A stretch of 64,000 nucleotides of DNA from Sphaerodactylus townsendi (Eukaryota), in contig NC_059434.1 in the NCBI RefSeq assembly GCF_021028975.2, positions 54,436,001-54,500,000 of the forward strand, given 5' to 3'. A program made the position numbers and the translations under genes. Shown here piece by piece: positions 24,426 through 37,529 of this stretch (position 1 is the first letter of the stretch; every line of letters starts with the position of its first letter). The notes beneath the pieces are model-generated. The model saw nothing but the letters and a program-made list of their open reading frames with translations, searched no databases and had not been told where the DNA came from.

Positions 24426-25050
24426 GGGAACTTCCCACAGTTGCCACCTCCAAATCAAGACAGCGCTGCTCTTTTCTCTTCCAAATGGTGTTTAGTTGAC
24501 TTGCTAAACTACTGAGTCTTTGGAAAGCAGCAGCGTCCACCTGGTACCGAGCAAATGGCACCGGGTGGATGCTGCTATTTTCCGGCATGCCGCTTAAAAA
24601 AACCCTTACCTCCTCATCCCTGCCTAGCTCTGTCAGGATGAGGGGACACGCCCCCTGCCCTCTGACCCCCGGGCAGTGGTGGGATCCAAAAATTTTAATA
24701 ACAGGTTCCGATGGTGGTGGGATTCAAACAGTGGCGCCGCCGCACACAAGCACCTGCAGTCCCTATTGGGCAGGGAGGTTGCTTTAGTAACCCCTTCTCG
24801 GCACTCAGAAAAAATTAGTAACCACTTCTAGAGAAGTGGTGATAAATGGTTGGATTCCACCTCTGCCCTTGGGCCATTGTCAGGGTCACGGGGGCATATC
24901 CTTTCATCCTTATGGAGCTATGCAGGAATGAGGAGGTAAGTTTTTTTAAAAAAAAAACCAGCATGCCTCATGCAGAGGAGCTCCGGGGCTGCCCGCACAC
25001 ATGTTTGCAAACAGCCCCAGGCCACTCTCATAGCCTGTGCAGAAACCACC
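24426..25050. mobile_element. Harbinger-type MITE interrupted by a hAT MITE
   Basis: Right TIR GTGCAGAAACCACC; shared core ggggacacgccccc...gggggcatatccc is split by the insertion at 24674; left end approximate. Confidence 0.55.
24674..24865. mobile_element. hAT-type MITE (nested)
   Basis: TIR CAGTGGTGGGATCCAA ... TTGGATTCCACCTCTG; 8-bp flanks CCCCCGGG/CCCTTGGG. Confidence 0.75.
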
Positions 25051-27021
25051 TCTATTTAGGACCAGGCTAACAGTCAAATACTATCTTTTCTAAGTACTCA
25101 CATTTCATGCTGCCATCACATGGCATCATATATTTTCTAATCCATAGTTGGTAATTGATGTCTCTGCATCCAACAGCATGTAATATTTATCCAAATCTTG
25201 GACATCTCTTGTTTGAGACATGGCAGTGGTAACAAGGAAAAGGAAATTATTCTAGTGCAAATGATTTAAGAACTTCAACCTTATATTTTATTATTAGCAC
25301 GAGAGGAGAAAGAATGTAATTGCTTTTCTGTAATTACAGGAAAATCATTATCCGGATCATCCATCTGCTCACTGATTGGAAAAGCTATGTATCTTTCAAT
25401 TACTTAATATCATTGCATTTGTTTTTTTCTCTACTGAAGATAAATTTAACGTCCCCCAAGATGCATACATAACTATGTATGAGAGGAGCGGCCCCCTAGT
25501 TAGTTACTTTCAATGATTCACAAGAATTTGGGGTTTTTTGTATTGCAGTCAAATGACTAATTATTAAATTCATTCCCAGGTCATCACTAAAATGCTACAA
25601 ATGGACCTATTTCAGAATTACTTACACACATCAAGCATTAACTGCAATTTCTACCCTTGATGCATTGTCCTTTAACCCATGCTTTTAATACAAGTCAAAA
25701 AGGAACTGTTATTGATAAACATTTATTTGATTTACTGGCTATCTCTAATGGCAACTTTTAAAGCCTTAGCGACATTATTGCAATTTTCAGTATCAATTCA
25801 TGCTTTTGCCCTTTTTAGTTATGCAAGTTTAATAGCAGCATGCATGATTTTAATAAAACAATTTAAACTGTATTTACATCAGTGTTGAGGGAGGGAACAG
25901 TTTGATCAGCATACCTATTTCAGAGTATGTAATAACAAATATATGCTGAGCCTTCAAAGATAGGCAGTGAAGTGTAACATCTGAAATAACCCTCAGTTGT
26001 GCACTGTCAAGGTTGTTCTGCTTCTGCTTACTTCATCTTTTGATTTTTAATTACAATCATGCTTTCTATTTCTTTTAACTTCATAGGGCTGCCAAGTGGC
26101 CAGAATTTTAAAAACTTGGATGACTGCCAGAACTGGAGAATGCACAGCCAAGAAAAAATATCATATAGATTTTTTTAATTGTTAGCAAGCTTCAGTGCTA
26201 CTCCAAGAGAGAATCTTTGAGGATTCTACTACAGAACTGCTTACATGTACACAGTTCCCTCAGCAAAGCAGAACCAGAGTTTCTTGTCTTTTTAGTTGAC
26301 TGAATACATATCATCTTCTACCAGACCTCTTTCAAACATTGCTGTCTGCTCCCTCTAATTAAAGACCAAATAGAAGTCAGTGAATACCACACAAACATTT
26401 CCTAGGCTGATGTATGTGTGTATGGGGTGGGGTGCTCTTCTTCCAAAAGAAATACACTTTGAGTTCAATACACTTCACACTTAGACCTTAGCACAAAAGT
26501 TGTTACCTTGTATAAAAAATTATGATCTCAATGTTCAGAGAAACTCAGACTAAACCCCAAGTTTCTGAAAGTAACACTATTAGCCTTCTCTCTATATATG
26601 TTTATTTCAGATATTTATTTATTTCAGATATTTTGCTCATTCTCCCCTACAGCAAACATGGACTAGTTTATTTCCATTATCAAACATGACTTAATGTTTA
26701 GAAATATATTTGCCCATGACAAAATGTATCCACAGACAAAACAGAAGAATAAGCACCACCAGTAAACTTGGTTTTGAATTTGTGTATCCCAAGAACAAGG
26801 TAATTTTCAAATGTCCTGCATCACACTAAAACATGGTATTACCCACTGAGATGGAAGAAATCATTTACTAGCAACTATTTGGAACATAACATGCATCTGT
26901 TTGTGTTCCTACCACCCTTATGAATAAAGCAGAATGATATATGAACCTGCTTGATACCAAATCAGGCATTGGCTTTTCTTGCTTGGAATTATCTACTCTA
27001 GCTTACAATGGCTCTCCAAGG

Positions 27022-27509
27022 TAGGCTTGGTCAATACCCTAGAAATTCAGTAAAATTCAGATTTGGATTTATTCTGGCATAAAATTATCTGTATGCCCAA
27101 ATAATACAAATAGCATATTCGGATATACCATACCCAAATATTCAGGTCCTTCTGATTTTTTTTTGTATTTTTGGTGTTGTTTTGCATTTGGCCGGCAGGG
27201 GGTGCAATATGAAAGCTACTGGTGCCAACATTTCAGGGTATCATACAGAGACTGTTCTAATGACACCACCCAAGTTTGGTGATTTTTGGTTCAGGGAGGC
27301 CAAGGTTATGGACCCCCAAAGGGGGTTCCCCATCCCCTATGGTTTCAAATAGGAGCTAACAGGAGATGGGGGTTCATCCCTTTGGAGCCCGAATACCTTG
27401 CATTCGGATTTGTTCATATTCGGACAGGACATATTTGGCCGATTTTGGCCTGAATTTGCCCATATTCAGGCCAAATTTGGTATTTGTTGCACCCAAATCT
27501 CCAAGCCTA
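27022..27509. mobile_element. hAT-type non-autonomous DNA transposon
   Basis: TIR TAGGCTTGG ... CCAAGCCTA; 8-bp flanks CTCCAAGG/CACTAAGG; subterminal attc(g/a)g repeats. Confidence 0.65.
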
Positions 27510-27594
27510 CACTAAGGCTCCTAACACCTCTTTCTAGACTAGGGCATACTGTGCATGCCTTGTTTACCCTGTGGCAGTTTGTTCTGCAGTGGCA

Positions 27595-27727
27595 GGCAGA
27601 TTCCGCATGGGCCCAAAACAGCGGTGTTAAAACTGTGTACATTGTTTTAAACCATTTACTTTTACATTGTTTTAAACCATTTCACACTGTTTTCACACCA
27701 CTGTTTTTGGCCCATGCAGAATCGGCA
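27595..27727. mobile_element. Short Harbinger-type fold-back MITE
   Basis: GGCAGATTCCGCATGGGCC ... GGCCCATGCAGAATCGGC; same family as 35442-35581. Confidence 0.8.
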
Positions 27728-27799
27728 CCACTGTTTCTCTGTTTACATGCAAGGAAGTTCTCCACTGATTTCTTCAAGCTGATGCACCATTTGGCCTGA

Positions 27800-28025
27800 G
27801 AGTCAACATGATGTAGTAAGTAAGAGCAGTGGACTCCATTCTACAGGGATAGGTTTGTTTTCCTACTTTATACATGAAGCTGTCAAGTGACCTTGGGCTA
27901 GTCACAGTTCTCTCAGAATTCTGTCAGGCCCACTAACCTCACTAAGTGTTTGTTGTGGGGGAGAGAAAGGGAAGGAGTTTGTAAGCCACTTCGATACTCC
28001 TTACAGGAGAGGGGAAAAGGTAAAT
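27800..28025 (+). mobile_element. tRNA-derived SINE (Squam3-like)
   Basis: gatgtagtaagtaagagcagtggactc...gtgaccttgggctagtcacagttctctcaga...gtaagccacttcgatactccttacaggagaggg. Confidence 0.7.
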
Positions 28026-28640
28026 TTTCCCATTTAGTTGTGTCCGACCCTGGGGTACTACTGCGAGCAGTGATTTTATAGGCAAACCATTTTTGTGGGG
28101 TAGTTTGCCATTGCTTTCCCCCTTCATTATTCTTTTCCCCCTAGCTATGAGCTAGGTACCCATTTACCAACCAAGAAATGGATAATCTAAACTCCTCTTC
28201 TGCCCTGTTGCCTTTGGGGGTGGGGGAGGGATGTTAATGTTCTATCGCTCATGCAATACACTGTTAGTGTGAATTTTTTAAAAAATAGAATAATTGATCC
28301 CTGGAAATGGCTGCCAAGGAGTGAGTAGAACTTTTATTGAAAGCGCTCCTGAGAAATGTTGCTGGTTTCATTAGGGAAATATGCTAACTGTCCCACACAA
28401 CCTTCAGAATCTCTCAGGCACAGTTTAAAGATACTTTGCTCTTTCTTCTGTTCCAATGGTGATACTGTTTTATTCCTTTGTTTTCTCCAGCAGTCTGGTC
28501 ACATGTACTCTTCCATTTTCTCTTATCCCTTTCTTCAACTTCTGTCTCTTGCTTTCTTCTCTCCAATTCAGGGTGACTGGGATCACCTTAAAGGCAGACT
28601 GAAGAATGAGGCAGTCTTCCAGTCCTTCAACAGAAACCCA

Positions 28641-29200
28641 GGCCCTTTCCGCATGGGCCAAAAACGGCGGCCAGGGGACGGCAAAAACGCCATCCCCAGG
28701 CCGCCGTTCGCACAGGTGGCGCTGCTGAAATGCAGCAGCGCTGACCTGGCTCCCCTTGCCCTCCCTCAGGGCAGCATCAGGCCGCCCTCAAAAACACCCG
28801 TTTAAAGGGTAGTTTTTGAGTAAACGAGATGTCGTTATGCCCAGAAAGGGAGCGGTGCCGAACAGCACCGCCCGAGAAGGCACGTTAGTTTCTCCATCCC
28901 TCCTCCCACTTACCTCCATCGTAACTGTCCATCGCCTTCTGCTGTCACTCCTAAGACCCTCCTCTCACTGGCCCAGCCTCGATCCCCTGGAGGTGGGAGG
29001 GGCAGCATGGGTGAGAGCTTAGGAGGACAACAAGCGGCTGACTAGTGCCGCATGAGGTAAGTGGGAGAGGGATGGGGAAGAGGCGGCTCTGTGTGGAGCC
29101 GCCTCTCCTGCGCCGGCCTCTGCTGGGGCCGCTCGCACGCTTGCGTGCGAACGGCCTCCACCCCCACGCCTGCAGAATTCTTGCCCATGCAGAAAGGGCC
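28641..29200. mobile_element. PIF/Harbinger-type MITE
   Basis: TIR GGCCCTTTCCGCATGGGC ... GCCCATGCAGAAAGGGCC; exact 3-bp TSD CCA; homologous to 39348-39870. Confidence 0.9.
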
Positions 29201-30516
29201 CCAGTGAGGTAGTAATGTAAAATATTAATTCAATCTCTCCCATCCTATCTGGAAATGGTATCTTGAAAGATACCTCTGTAGATATTTCAAAGACAGTGGA
29301 CAAATCACAATTTAACAAAGATCCTTACCACACAGAAATAAACTGATCCAGAGATATAGGTACTTTTTCCAGTCATATCAGAATATTTTGAGAGAGATAA
29401 AGCTTTTTTTCTGAAGTTTTGTCTTCAAAATCTTTGACAAGTTTTGCTCCTGGCAAATTTTCTAGTAATTCAAGCCCTCCAAGTCTGAAGCTGAATTGCT
29501 CTGATTTGATGATGTAGCATCACACAGTCAAGAAGCTAGAGGGTTCCAAGGATATCTACTGAAAATTGCTTTTATGAGGCAGCATCATCCATCCAGCATT
29601 TTTGTGACAGATCACTATACACTATCCACACCTTGATCAGACCTGATGATGCACTCAGATGCTTGCAAAGCAAGGGGGTTGACACAAAAATTTAAGTCTT
29701 CACTTCTTGTTTATCATGCTACCATTTTGAAATACAGGACTTCAGATCCTGCATCATGTACCTCTTTACTATAAACTTGGGCTATCTGTAAAATGTCCAA
29801 TTTCTGAATTGAATAAGATCAAAGCAAAAGAAGATGGAGGCATAACTAAAGCATTTCTTCAAGGCCAGTGAGTCCGAGTTTATAGATGAGAAGTATATAA
29901 TGCAGAGAAATGTTACAGTAGGAACTGCTGGTAATCACTGGAGATAACTTGTTAGGGTTGCCTTCCTCCAGATGGTGCCTGAATCTCTTTCAGAATTACA
30001 ACCCATCTGCAAACCCCAAATATTAGTTCTCTTGGGGAAAAATTGCAGCTTTCAAGGGTGGCACCAAATAACTTCACCAAATTACCCCTTAGCGGTTTTT
30101 ACCTGAAACCTCAAAGAATTTCCAAATCTATGGCAGCCAAGCAAAATTGATAGCAAAAATTTATGGAAGGTGAGGAACAAATGACATGTGAGAAAGATGG
30201 GTACACAGGATAGTCCTGGTTTAGAAATTCGGCAGAATGGCATCACAGAGTATGGGTATGAACTTTATTACTTTGAGAAAGGCATCCTTTGTGAAAACAT
30301 ATTTGAAAAAAGAAACTAGCAAATGAAGACAAAAGATTATAATTCAGCATACTCTCTGCTAAATTAGATTTGTTCTTACAGTGAAGTGCTTTTCTTAAGG
30401 GACCACAGGGTACTGTGATCCCCCCCCTCGCCGCCCATATTCTTAAATGGGCATAATTTATTCTACATCCTCAGCAATTTGCTGGTTTATTCTGCAGCAA
30501 TGCAAAGCCAACCAAA

Positions 30517-31019
30517 GACGGATTCCACACAGGCGGGGGCAACGGCATACCACCAGCATATATGATGCCAGTGGAGCCCCAGGGCCATTGGTACGCTGAG
30601 GTGCAAACAGCCCCAGAGCAGCTGCTGCCCACGAATGCCCACCAAGAAGAAGGCACCTCCATTTACTTTCCCCACACACTCCTTCTCTCCTTGCCGAGTT
30701 CTGCAGGGACAGGAAGCCACACCAATGCTGCCCTCCAACCCCCAGGAGGCAAAGGGCAGGATGGTGTGCCTCCTCATCCCTGCGGAACTCAACAAGGAGA
30801 GAAGGTATGTGTGGGGAAAAATGGACGCGCCAAAAAGCAGTGCCAAAAAGCTGGTGCCATTTGCATGGTGCCGACAGGCAAATGCTGTTTCCCCAAATGT
30901 TTCCCAGGGAAAAGCATGGTGCTGCCTCGATTCAGAGGTGACAGCCATGCAAACAGTGCCCCGGGAATGATCTTTTTACCTTTCCAGGGTTGCTGTTTTT
31001 CACCCATGCAGAATCCTCC
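30517..31019. mobile_element. PIF/Harbinger-type MITE (diverged)
   Basis: GACGGATTCCACAC ... ATGCAGAATCCTCC; AAA on both flanks; internal inverted core. Confidence 0.6.
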
Positions 31020-32217
31020 AAAGTGTTTCCTTTGTCCTTTCTACTAGCCATTCATTTCTATTGCATTTCTTGCATTTTCCCCTCCCCACTTTTTAAAAAG
31101 CAGCTGATCATTGTGGGGGTGTCTGTTTGGCCTTGGTATACTGTGGATGCTGGCATCTGAACATAATTGTATGCTATGTAAAAATAGTTACTATTTCAAT
31201 CTTTTTCAAATTCACTGCCTTTTAGTTCCTTTGAATTATTTCTTGTTTTTGTATTAAGAGATAAGATAAACAGAAACACTCAATTTACCTTCTTGGTTTG
31301 ATTCATTACAGTTCTCTATCCTGATAGCCTTACCTTCCTTTCCTTCTTTGTCTCCTCTTTAAACTATAAACATTCTCAGTTCCTTAAATGTTTGCTCATA
31401 CCTGGTCTGTAGTTATTTTCATTTCTCCTCTCTTAACCTCCTTTCTTTGTGCTGTGTCATTTTTAAGATAGGGATTCCTCGGCACTCTGTAAAGGCAAAA
31501 GCTGTTTTCCCTCTCTCTCCAGGGGGATTTGGAAGCGCCAGAGAGGAGAAAGATAAAGTGCTCTCAGGGAGAATTCATTTTTAATTTAAAAATTCTTGCT
31601 AACTGGTTTGTTTTCCCCTTGTGTATTTGGACATTTGTACAGCAGTCTTGGCTACACTGTGACTAGAAAAAGGACTGGAACTGTCTCTGCGTCTGATAAT
31701 CAGTTTACTTTAAGCTAGAAAGTAGTAATCGATTAATCAGTGTGACAGCTGAAATGGCTTCATTAAAAAATCAAAAGAATAAAAGTTGAATACAATTAGA
31801 AAGGCAAAAGGGACAGGACTTGAAGAGAAGCTCATGCAATTCAATTAATTATCAGTGGGAGTCACAGGGGGTTATAAAATAAAAAAATGCAGAAGCTTGT
31901 TATTGAGTTTTTTATATACTCCAAGTAATAGCTGGCTAGGAAAAAAGGATGGCCATGTCTCTACTATGTCTTTTAGCGCTTGTTTTATTCACTTAATAAA
32001 CGCATGTAAACAAGAAGTGTAATTTCCTGCGAAAATTATGAAAACCCAGCTTGTGCTGGAACTGGGTTGGGATTCTGACAAAGCTGCCTATATAAGCTGC
32101 TCACTCCAGTGACAAACTACTTAACAGTAGCACAGATTCTGGTACCAAGGGCCTGCAACAAACCAAGGTGCCAACTTTGCTCTCATCACGAGGCTCGCAA
32201 AATCAGCCATGCCATCT

Positions 32218-32380
32218 CAGTTTGGTATTTCAGAGTGGAGTAGTGGTTAACAGCAGTGGACTCTAATCTGGTGAATTGTATTTGTTTTCCTGCCCCTTCA
32301 CATGAAGCCTTCTGGTTGACCTTGGGCTAGTCACAGTTTTCTCAGAACTATCTTAGCCCCACCTATCTCACAAAGTGTCT
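32218..32380 (+). mobile_element. tRNA-derived SINE (Squam3-like), 3'-truncated
   Basis: gtagtggttaacagcagtggactctaatctggtgaa...gaccttgggctagtcacagttttctcagaact...cctatctcacaaagtgtct. Confidence 0.7.
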
Positions 32381-32401
32381 CCAAAACTTTGTCAGTCTGA
32401 A

Positions 32402-32800
32402 TTCAGAAGTCCCAGAGTAGTTTTACGCGTTCATTTTCAGTGACCTTTTCAGGTTTGTGATTCCACCAGTTCTTTGTCACAGGCAGATAACAACAACAAC
32501 AACAAGTAAAGAACCAACACTGATGTAAGTCAATAGCAGAAAACTGCTCAAAGTTCAAAAGACAAAGAGTGAATACCATAATAATACAGTGCAAAGCAGA
32601 AGAAAAAACTGGCAAAAGAAGGTTCTGCATGGACAGTTCCTGGAAAAAACTGAGGGCAAAACTGACAAGGAAAAAACCTGGTTGTGGCTCACAATTGGAA
32701 CTTTGAAAAAGGAGACTGAGAGCTTGATTCTTGCAGCCCAAGAACAAGCAATTTGAACAAATGTCATCAAAGCCAGAATTGAAAAGTCAACTACAGATCT
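32402..32800. mobile_element. R4/Dong-clade non-LTR retrotransposon fragment with internal inversion
   Basis: Minus 32402-32489 encodes YLPVTKNWWNHKPEKVTENERVKLLWDF; plus 32505-32800 encodes KNWQKKVLHGQFLEK...TWLWLTIGTLKKETESLILAAQEQAI*TNVIKARIEKSTTD; (CAA)5 at the junction. Confidence 0.75.
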
Positions 32801-33294
32801 TGTAAACAGGGTTGTCAGCTTGCAACCCCTAGAAAAAGTGAAAACAGAGGCCTAAAGATTGGCATTTATGCCAGCACTGCAACATCACTCCCAGTGCAAT
32901 GCCAAAAGTGCTGTCACAGTGTCAAGGCAATGTTCTAGGATTTGCCTGAAAACCTATGGTTTTACCATAGATTTTCAAGTGATTCCTAGAATGTCACCTT
33001 GAGGCAATGAAGTCAGCAATGATTTCACATCATTTGTGTGACCCTGATTTACGTCTCATTTTTGCTCCTAATTCTCCTCCAAGCAGCAGCAGGTGTCAGG
33101 GGCCAGGGAAGAAGGACATGGCCTCCCTATACAAACCACTTCTGGCAGCCTCTTCCATAAAGAGTGGAAAATACATGAGAAGACGCAACCTACATCAAGG
33201 ACAAGACAACCTGGAATGAACAACTGGTCACAAGGTCATGAATCCCAGGACTGGAGAGTTCAAAGGCAATGTAAATATCAATATTAATGACAAG

Positions 33295-33588
33295 AAGAAA
33301 AATATTTTGGATTTATACCCTTCCTTCTTCTCCTGTAAGGAGTCTCAAAGTGGCTTACAGACTCCCTCTCTTCCTCTCCACTCAACAGATATCTTGTAAG
33401 GCAGGTGGGGCTGAAAGAGATCTGAGAGAATTGTTTCTAGCCCAAAGTCACCCAGCAGGCTCCATGTGCAGGAATGAAGAAAGAAATCCAGCACACCAGA
33501 TAAGAACACACTGCTCAAGTGGAGTAGTGGGGAATCAAACCCAGTTCTCCAGATTAGAGTCCACCACTGTTAACTACTACACCATTCT
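33295..33588 (-). mobile_element. tRNA-derived SINE (Squam3-like)
   Basis: Reverse complement of the family at 47137 (ggggaatcaaacccagttctccagattagagtccaccactgttaactactacacc). Confidence 0.75.
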
Positions 33589-34440
33589 GTAAAAGGAAAC
33601 ATATACGTGTGTGGGAGGGGAGGAAGCAGGTGATTTTATGAGGTTGAATTGAATTTTTTATTATGTGACTGATGATATTTACTGAATTGAATCTATTTTT
33701 TCTTTAACTTTTGTGACTTGGATGATATTTGTTCTCAAAGCCACTGCTCTGCAGCTAAGAGTGAGGTAAAAGGAAAAAGCATCACTCAGCAGTACGTGAA
33801 GAAGGGCAGAAGTCAAGAGATTTAGAAATAAATCCCCAATGGCAGCCAATTAGTCATTACATTTACTAGCCCCCACACCTGTTGTTAAGTGAGTGTTTTT
33901 GCTCTCACCCTCCCTAAGGGCCCAGTAGAACTTTATGAAATACAGTGACAAAGAGAACTATGACACAGCTCTAGTTACAAAATATGCCTTTGATGGCAGT
34001 TAATCAAAGGATGCCATGAGCTCAACAATACCGTCAATAAATACAGTGGGGCTGAACCTCTACAGCTATTGTTTCAGCTATAAATCTTAGAAATGCTTTT
34101 TCTAGCAACAGCAGTGCTTATAAATTTAGAGTGCACTCTCAGAAACATACAAAGGACAGGATATACTTCATGATTCCTTTACAGGGATCACCACAAGCAT
34201 TTACTCGAGCTTTTTGTTACACAAATACTTTATTTATGGAAATGATATCTATTTCTCTTGTACGTACATACATACATACATATGCACACATCCACAATTG
34301 AGTAGAAAGTGAAATGCATTAAGGGATTGTCTTCTGCCATGAATATAAGAAGATAATCCCATCAGTGATCCATGTAGTTCAGCATGCTATTTCACACAGC
34401 AGCCAACCAGTAGCCCTGAAGGGCCAACAAACCAGATACA

Positions 34441-34580
34441 GCCCCCTTCCGCACATGCAGAATAATGCACTTTCAATGCACTTTGCAGCTGGATTTTACT
34501 GTGTGGAGTAGCAAAATCCACTTGCAAACAATTGTGAAAGTAGATTGAAAGTGCATTATTCTGAATGTGCGGAACGGGCC
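34441..34580. mobile_element. Short Harbinger-type fold-back MITE
   Basis: GCCCCCTTCCGCACATGCAGAATAATGCACTTTCAAT ... ATTGAAAGTGCATTATTCTGAATGTGCGGAACGGGCC; exact TSD ACA; same family as 58756-58896. Confidence 0.88.
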
Positions 34581-35441
34581 ACAGAGGTCAATGGTGCCCC
34601 CTATCTCGGTTTTGAAAAGTTTACTGCCACAGATATGGGGGTTTACTAACCATGGCTAGTAGTCATTGATGGATCTGCCCTCTATGAATCTTCTTAACAC
34701 GGGAGCAGCTGCAACACGGGATTTTGCAAAAGGATTGCTAGTTTAGCAATTTTTAAAAAAATCCTGGGTTGAGGGAAATAAAATAAGGCAGACTCATTTT
34801 GGGTGAGTGACCCATGCAAAGTTACCCCCCCCCCAAAAAAAAACAGTTTTCATTGCATCCTACACATGTTATTTTTGTCCTGTGCAGAATCTATCATAGA
34901 AAGGGAGGGTTTTTTTTAAAAAAAAAATTCTTCTTTTAATATTGTACCAGGACACATGGTGACTGCATTCAACTGACTGGCAAAAGAAACCACTTTTTCA
35001 TATCATGAATACTTACAATATAGAACTGATTGCCACAAACATAGTGGTGGCATCCAACTTTTTTAAAAAAAATCCTAAATAAGTTCATGGAGTTTATTCA
35101 TGGCTATAAGCAATAATGGCTAGATGGAACATCTAGTATTCAATTTACTGTTGAATACATGATTCAGGTAGGCTACAACAGGGATTGAGACCTTTGTACA
35201 CTGGTCAGAAGTTACCTGGAAGCCACTAGTTTACTTTGGTCAGTTTCAGCAGTATTTTTCATATATTATGTATTCTTCTATTAAAGTTTTACTTGTTATT
35301 ATAGGCACAGAGTGGCAACTTATGTCTTGAAAATAGCTCTGTATTAATTTTATCATTATCTGTAGTTGTCCATCTTATTAACATGCCAATGTATGAAAAG
35401 AGTTCACTATAAATCCACTTCATGCCTCTAGCAAAATCTGT

Positions 35442-35581
35442 GGCTGATTCCGCATGGGCCAAAAACAGCATTGTGAAAACGGTGAGAAAGCAGTATAAAC
35501 CCTTTTACACTGTTTCAAACCCTTTTACACCATTTTCACACCGTTTTCTCACTGTTGTTTTTGGTCCATGCAGAATCAGCC
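35442..35581. mobile_element. Short Harbinger-type fold-back MITE
   Basis: GGCTGATTCCGCATGGGCC ... GGTCCATGCAGAATCAGCC; exact TSD TGT. Confidence 0.9.
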
Positions 35582-35614
35582 TGTGAATGTCCACAAAGGC
35601 TCATCCCACAATAT

Positions 35615-36034
35615 GGCCGTTTCTGCACGGCGGCGGAAGGGGTCGGGTAGGCGTACATGACCCTGTGGGACTCCTGTGGGATCGTTCGCATGAACGGTCC
35701 CGGGACGACGGCGCAGAGCTGCGCCGTCGTCAGGGTGACCTACCAGTCCTGCGGCCCTCTGGCATGTTGCTGAGGCCAGGGACATGCCTGGGGGACGCGC
35801 CAAAGGGCCACAGGACAGGTAGGTCACCTGGACATGGGGGAGGGAAGGCGCCGTGGAGCCGCTGCCATTCACACGGCAGCGGCTCCAAGCCGCCGTTTCC
35901 CCAAAACCTCGCTGGGCAAGCGAGGTTGGGAAACGGCGGCTTCGCCCCTGTGCGAACGGCTCCCTGGGGACGGCATTTTTGCGGAAGGGGCCTCTGAGCT
36001 GGCCTCCCTGGGGACGGCTCGTGCGGAAGGGGCC
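35615..36034. mobile_element. CpG-rich Harbinger-type MITE with duplicated right terminus
   Basis: GGCCGTTTCTGCACG ... GCGGAAGGGGCC; the right end appears twice (ending about 35992 and 36034). Confidence 0.8.
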
Positions 36035-36129
36035 TCTAGCTGGTTTCTAGCACCACACTTTTTGTTCTGTCATGTAATCTGTGTAAGATATGTATCTACC
36101 TTTAGGCATAATTTATTTCTTTTATGGAA

Positions 36130-36574
36130 TGTTAGGTCTCGGACTTTGAATCAATAAATGGACTCTGGGTTGTTGATCAGCAGCATTTATTGATAGGTAT
36201 CGAAGCACCCAGCTTGATAAATTCAGTTCTGGTGAATCTTTTTGCTATCCCCTTTATTCAGAAGGTAGTCCCCCCTCCCAGTTTCCCAAATAATGTGAGA
36301 AAGACTTATTTTGGAGCCGAGACACCCCAAGGTCGGTAACAGATAAAGCCAACTGGCCTCCTGCCCCTACAGGACAAATGAAACATCCCATTTTCCATGA
36401 GACCAGAAGTGTCATGGGTAAGCCTAGTTATTTACTCAGCATTTGAAGCTGTAAAGATCAAGAAAAGAATGTCCCATTACAGCAGTGGTAACATATAGCA
36501 GACTGGTTACATATATCTTTCAGCAATTACATTGTTAGGCATGCATCACAATCAACTAGGTACAATCCCTGACA
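36130..36574 (-). mobile_element. Solo LTR (ERV-like)
   Basis: TGTTAGG ... CCTGACA termini; 6-bp flanks ATGGAA/ATGGAG; TTTATT poly(A) signal on -. Confidence 0.7.
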
Positions 36575-37529
36575 ATGGAGTGATTCTGCGATCTGTGAAC
36601 ATTTATGATAAATTAGAACAACGTATTTTTAAGCAATTTATGCCACTCAGCACCATTACAATTGCTCCACATTTCAAGTGCATATGATTCTAAAAGAGCT
36701 CTCGGAGAACATGCTTCAATTTTGGAGTGTGTCACAGTGCCAGCAGACTGGTCTTTTGATTTGGTTGGCATTTACTAACTGCGAGTGGCTATCAAGTTAT
36801 GAAGGCTATGAAGGCTTCATTTATGGAAGTGTAAGGAAAAGCTGCTGCTTCTTTTAGAAACTAATCCTCGTTTCCTTCTGTTCAGCCACATAATAGTCTG
36901 CAGTTCACAAGTACCAACTACTAGCTAGTATTGTAAAGATGGAATCAATAGTATAATCCTATTAAATGCTATAAAGAAGGCTACTTTTCTGATACACAGT
37001 GAAATCCTCTTAATTTTTTTTAAAGTGAAAGGTGTTTCTACATGAAAGTAGAAAAGCTAGAGGAAATTGTGATTTTTTAAAAAATTCTTTAGCATCATAG
37101 TCTTATCATTTACCTTTCTGTTCTAAAAGCTCAGGAAATCATAGAATTATAAGCCTTGAAGTAAAATTATGCATTGCTTTACTACCATCCCAATTTTAAT
37201 AAATTGCAAAGTATTCACTATTTGAATACAAGTGATCCCTTACCATCTGGAATTCTCATAATATAGAGAATTGCTTATAGTTTCTGATTAAATTGTATGA
37301 CAACTCACTGGATAACAGAAGGGCTGTAATTTAGGAATTTATAGCACAATCCAAAGGAAACTTTCCTGGGACTAAACCCTAGTGAATAGGCCTGAGTAGC
37401 ATTCAGAATAGTATTGCTCATTAATAAGCAGTGATTCTGAAAGATCACTAGTCCAACACAGGGCTACTTGGGATTCAAAATGCAGCAGTGTGGGTCTTTA
37501 CTGGGACCCCATAGCAGACACGTACTCAA

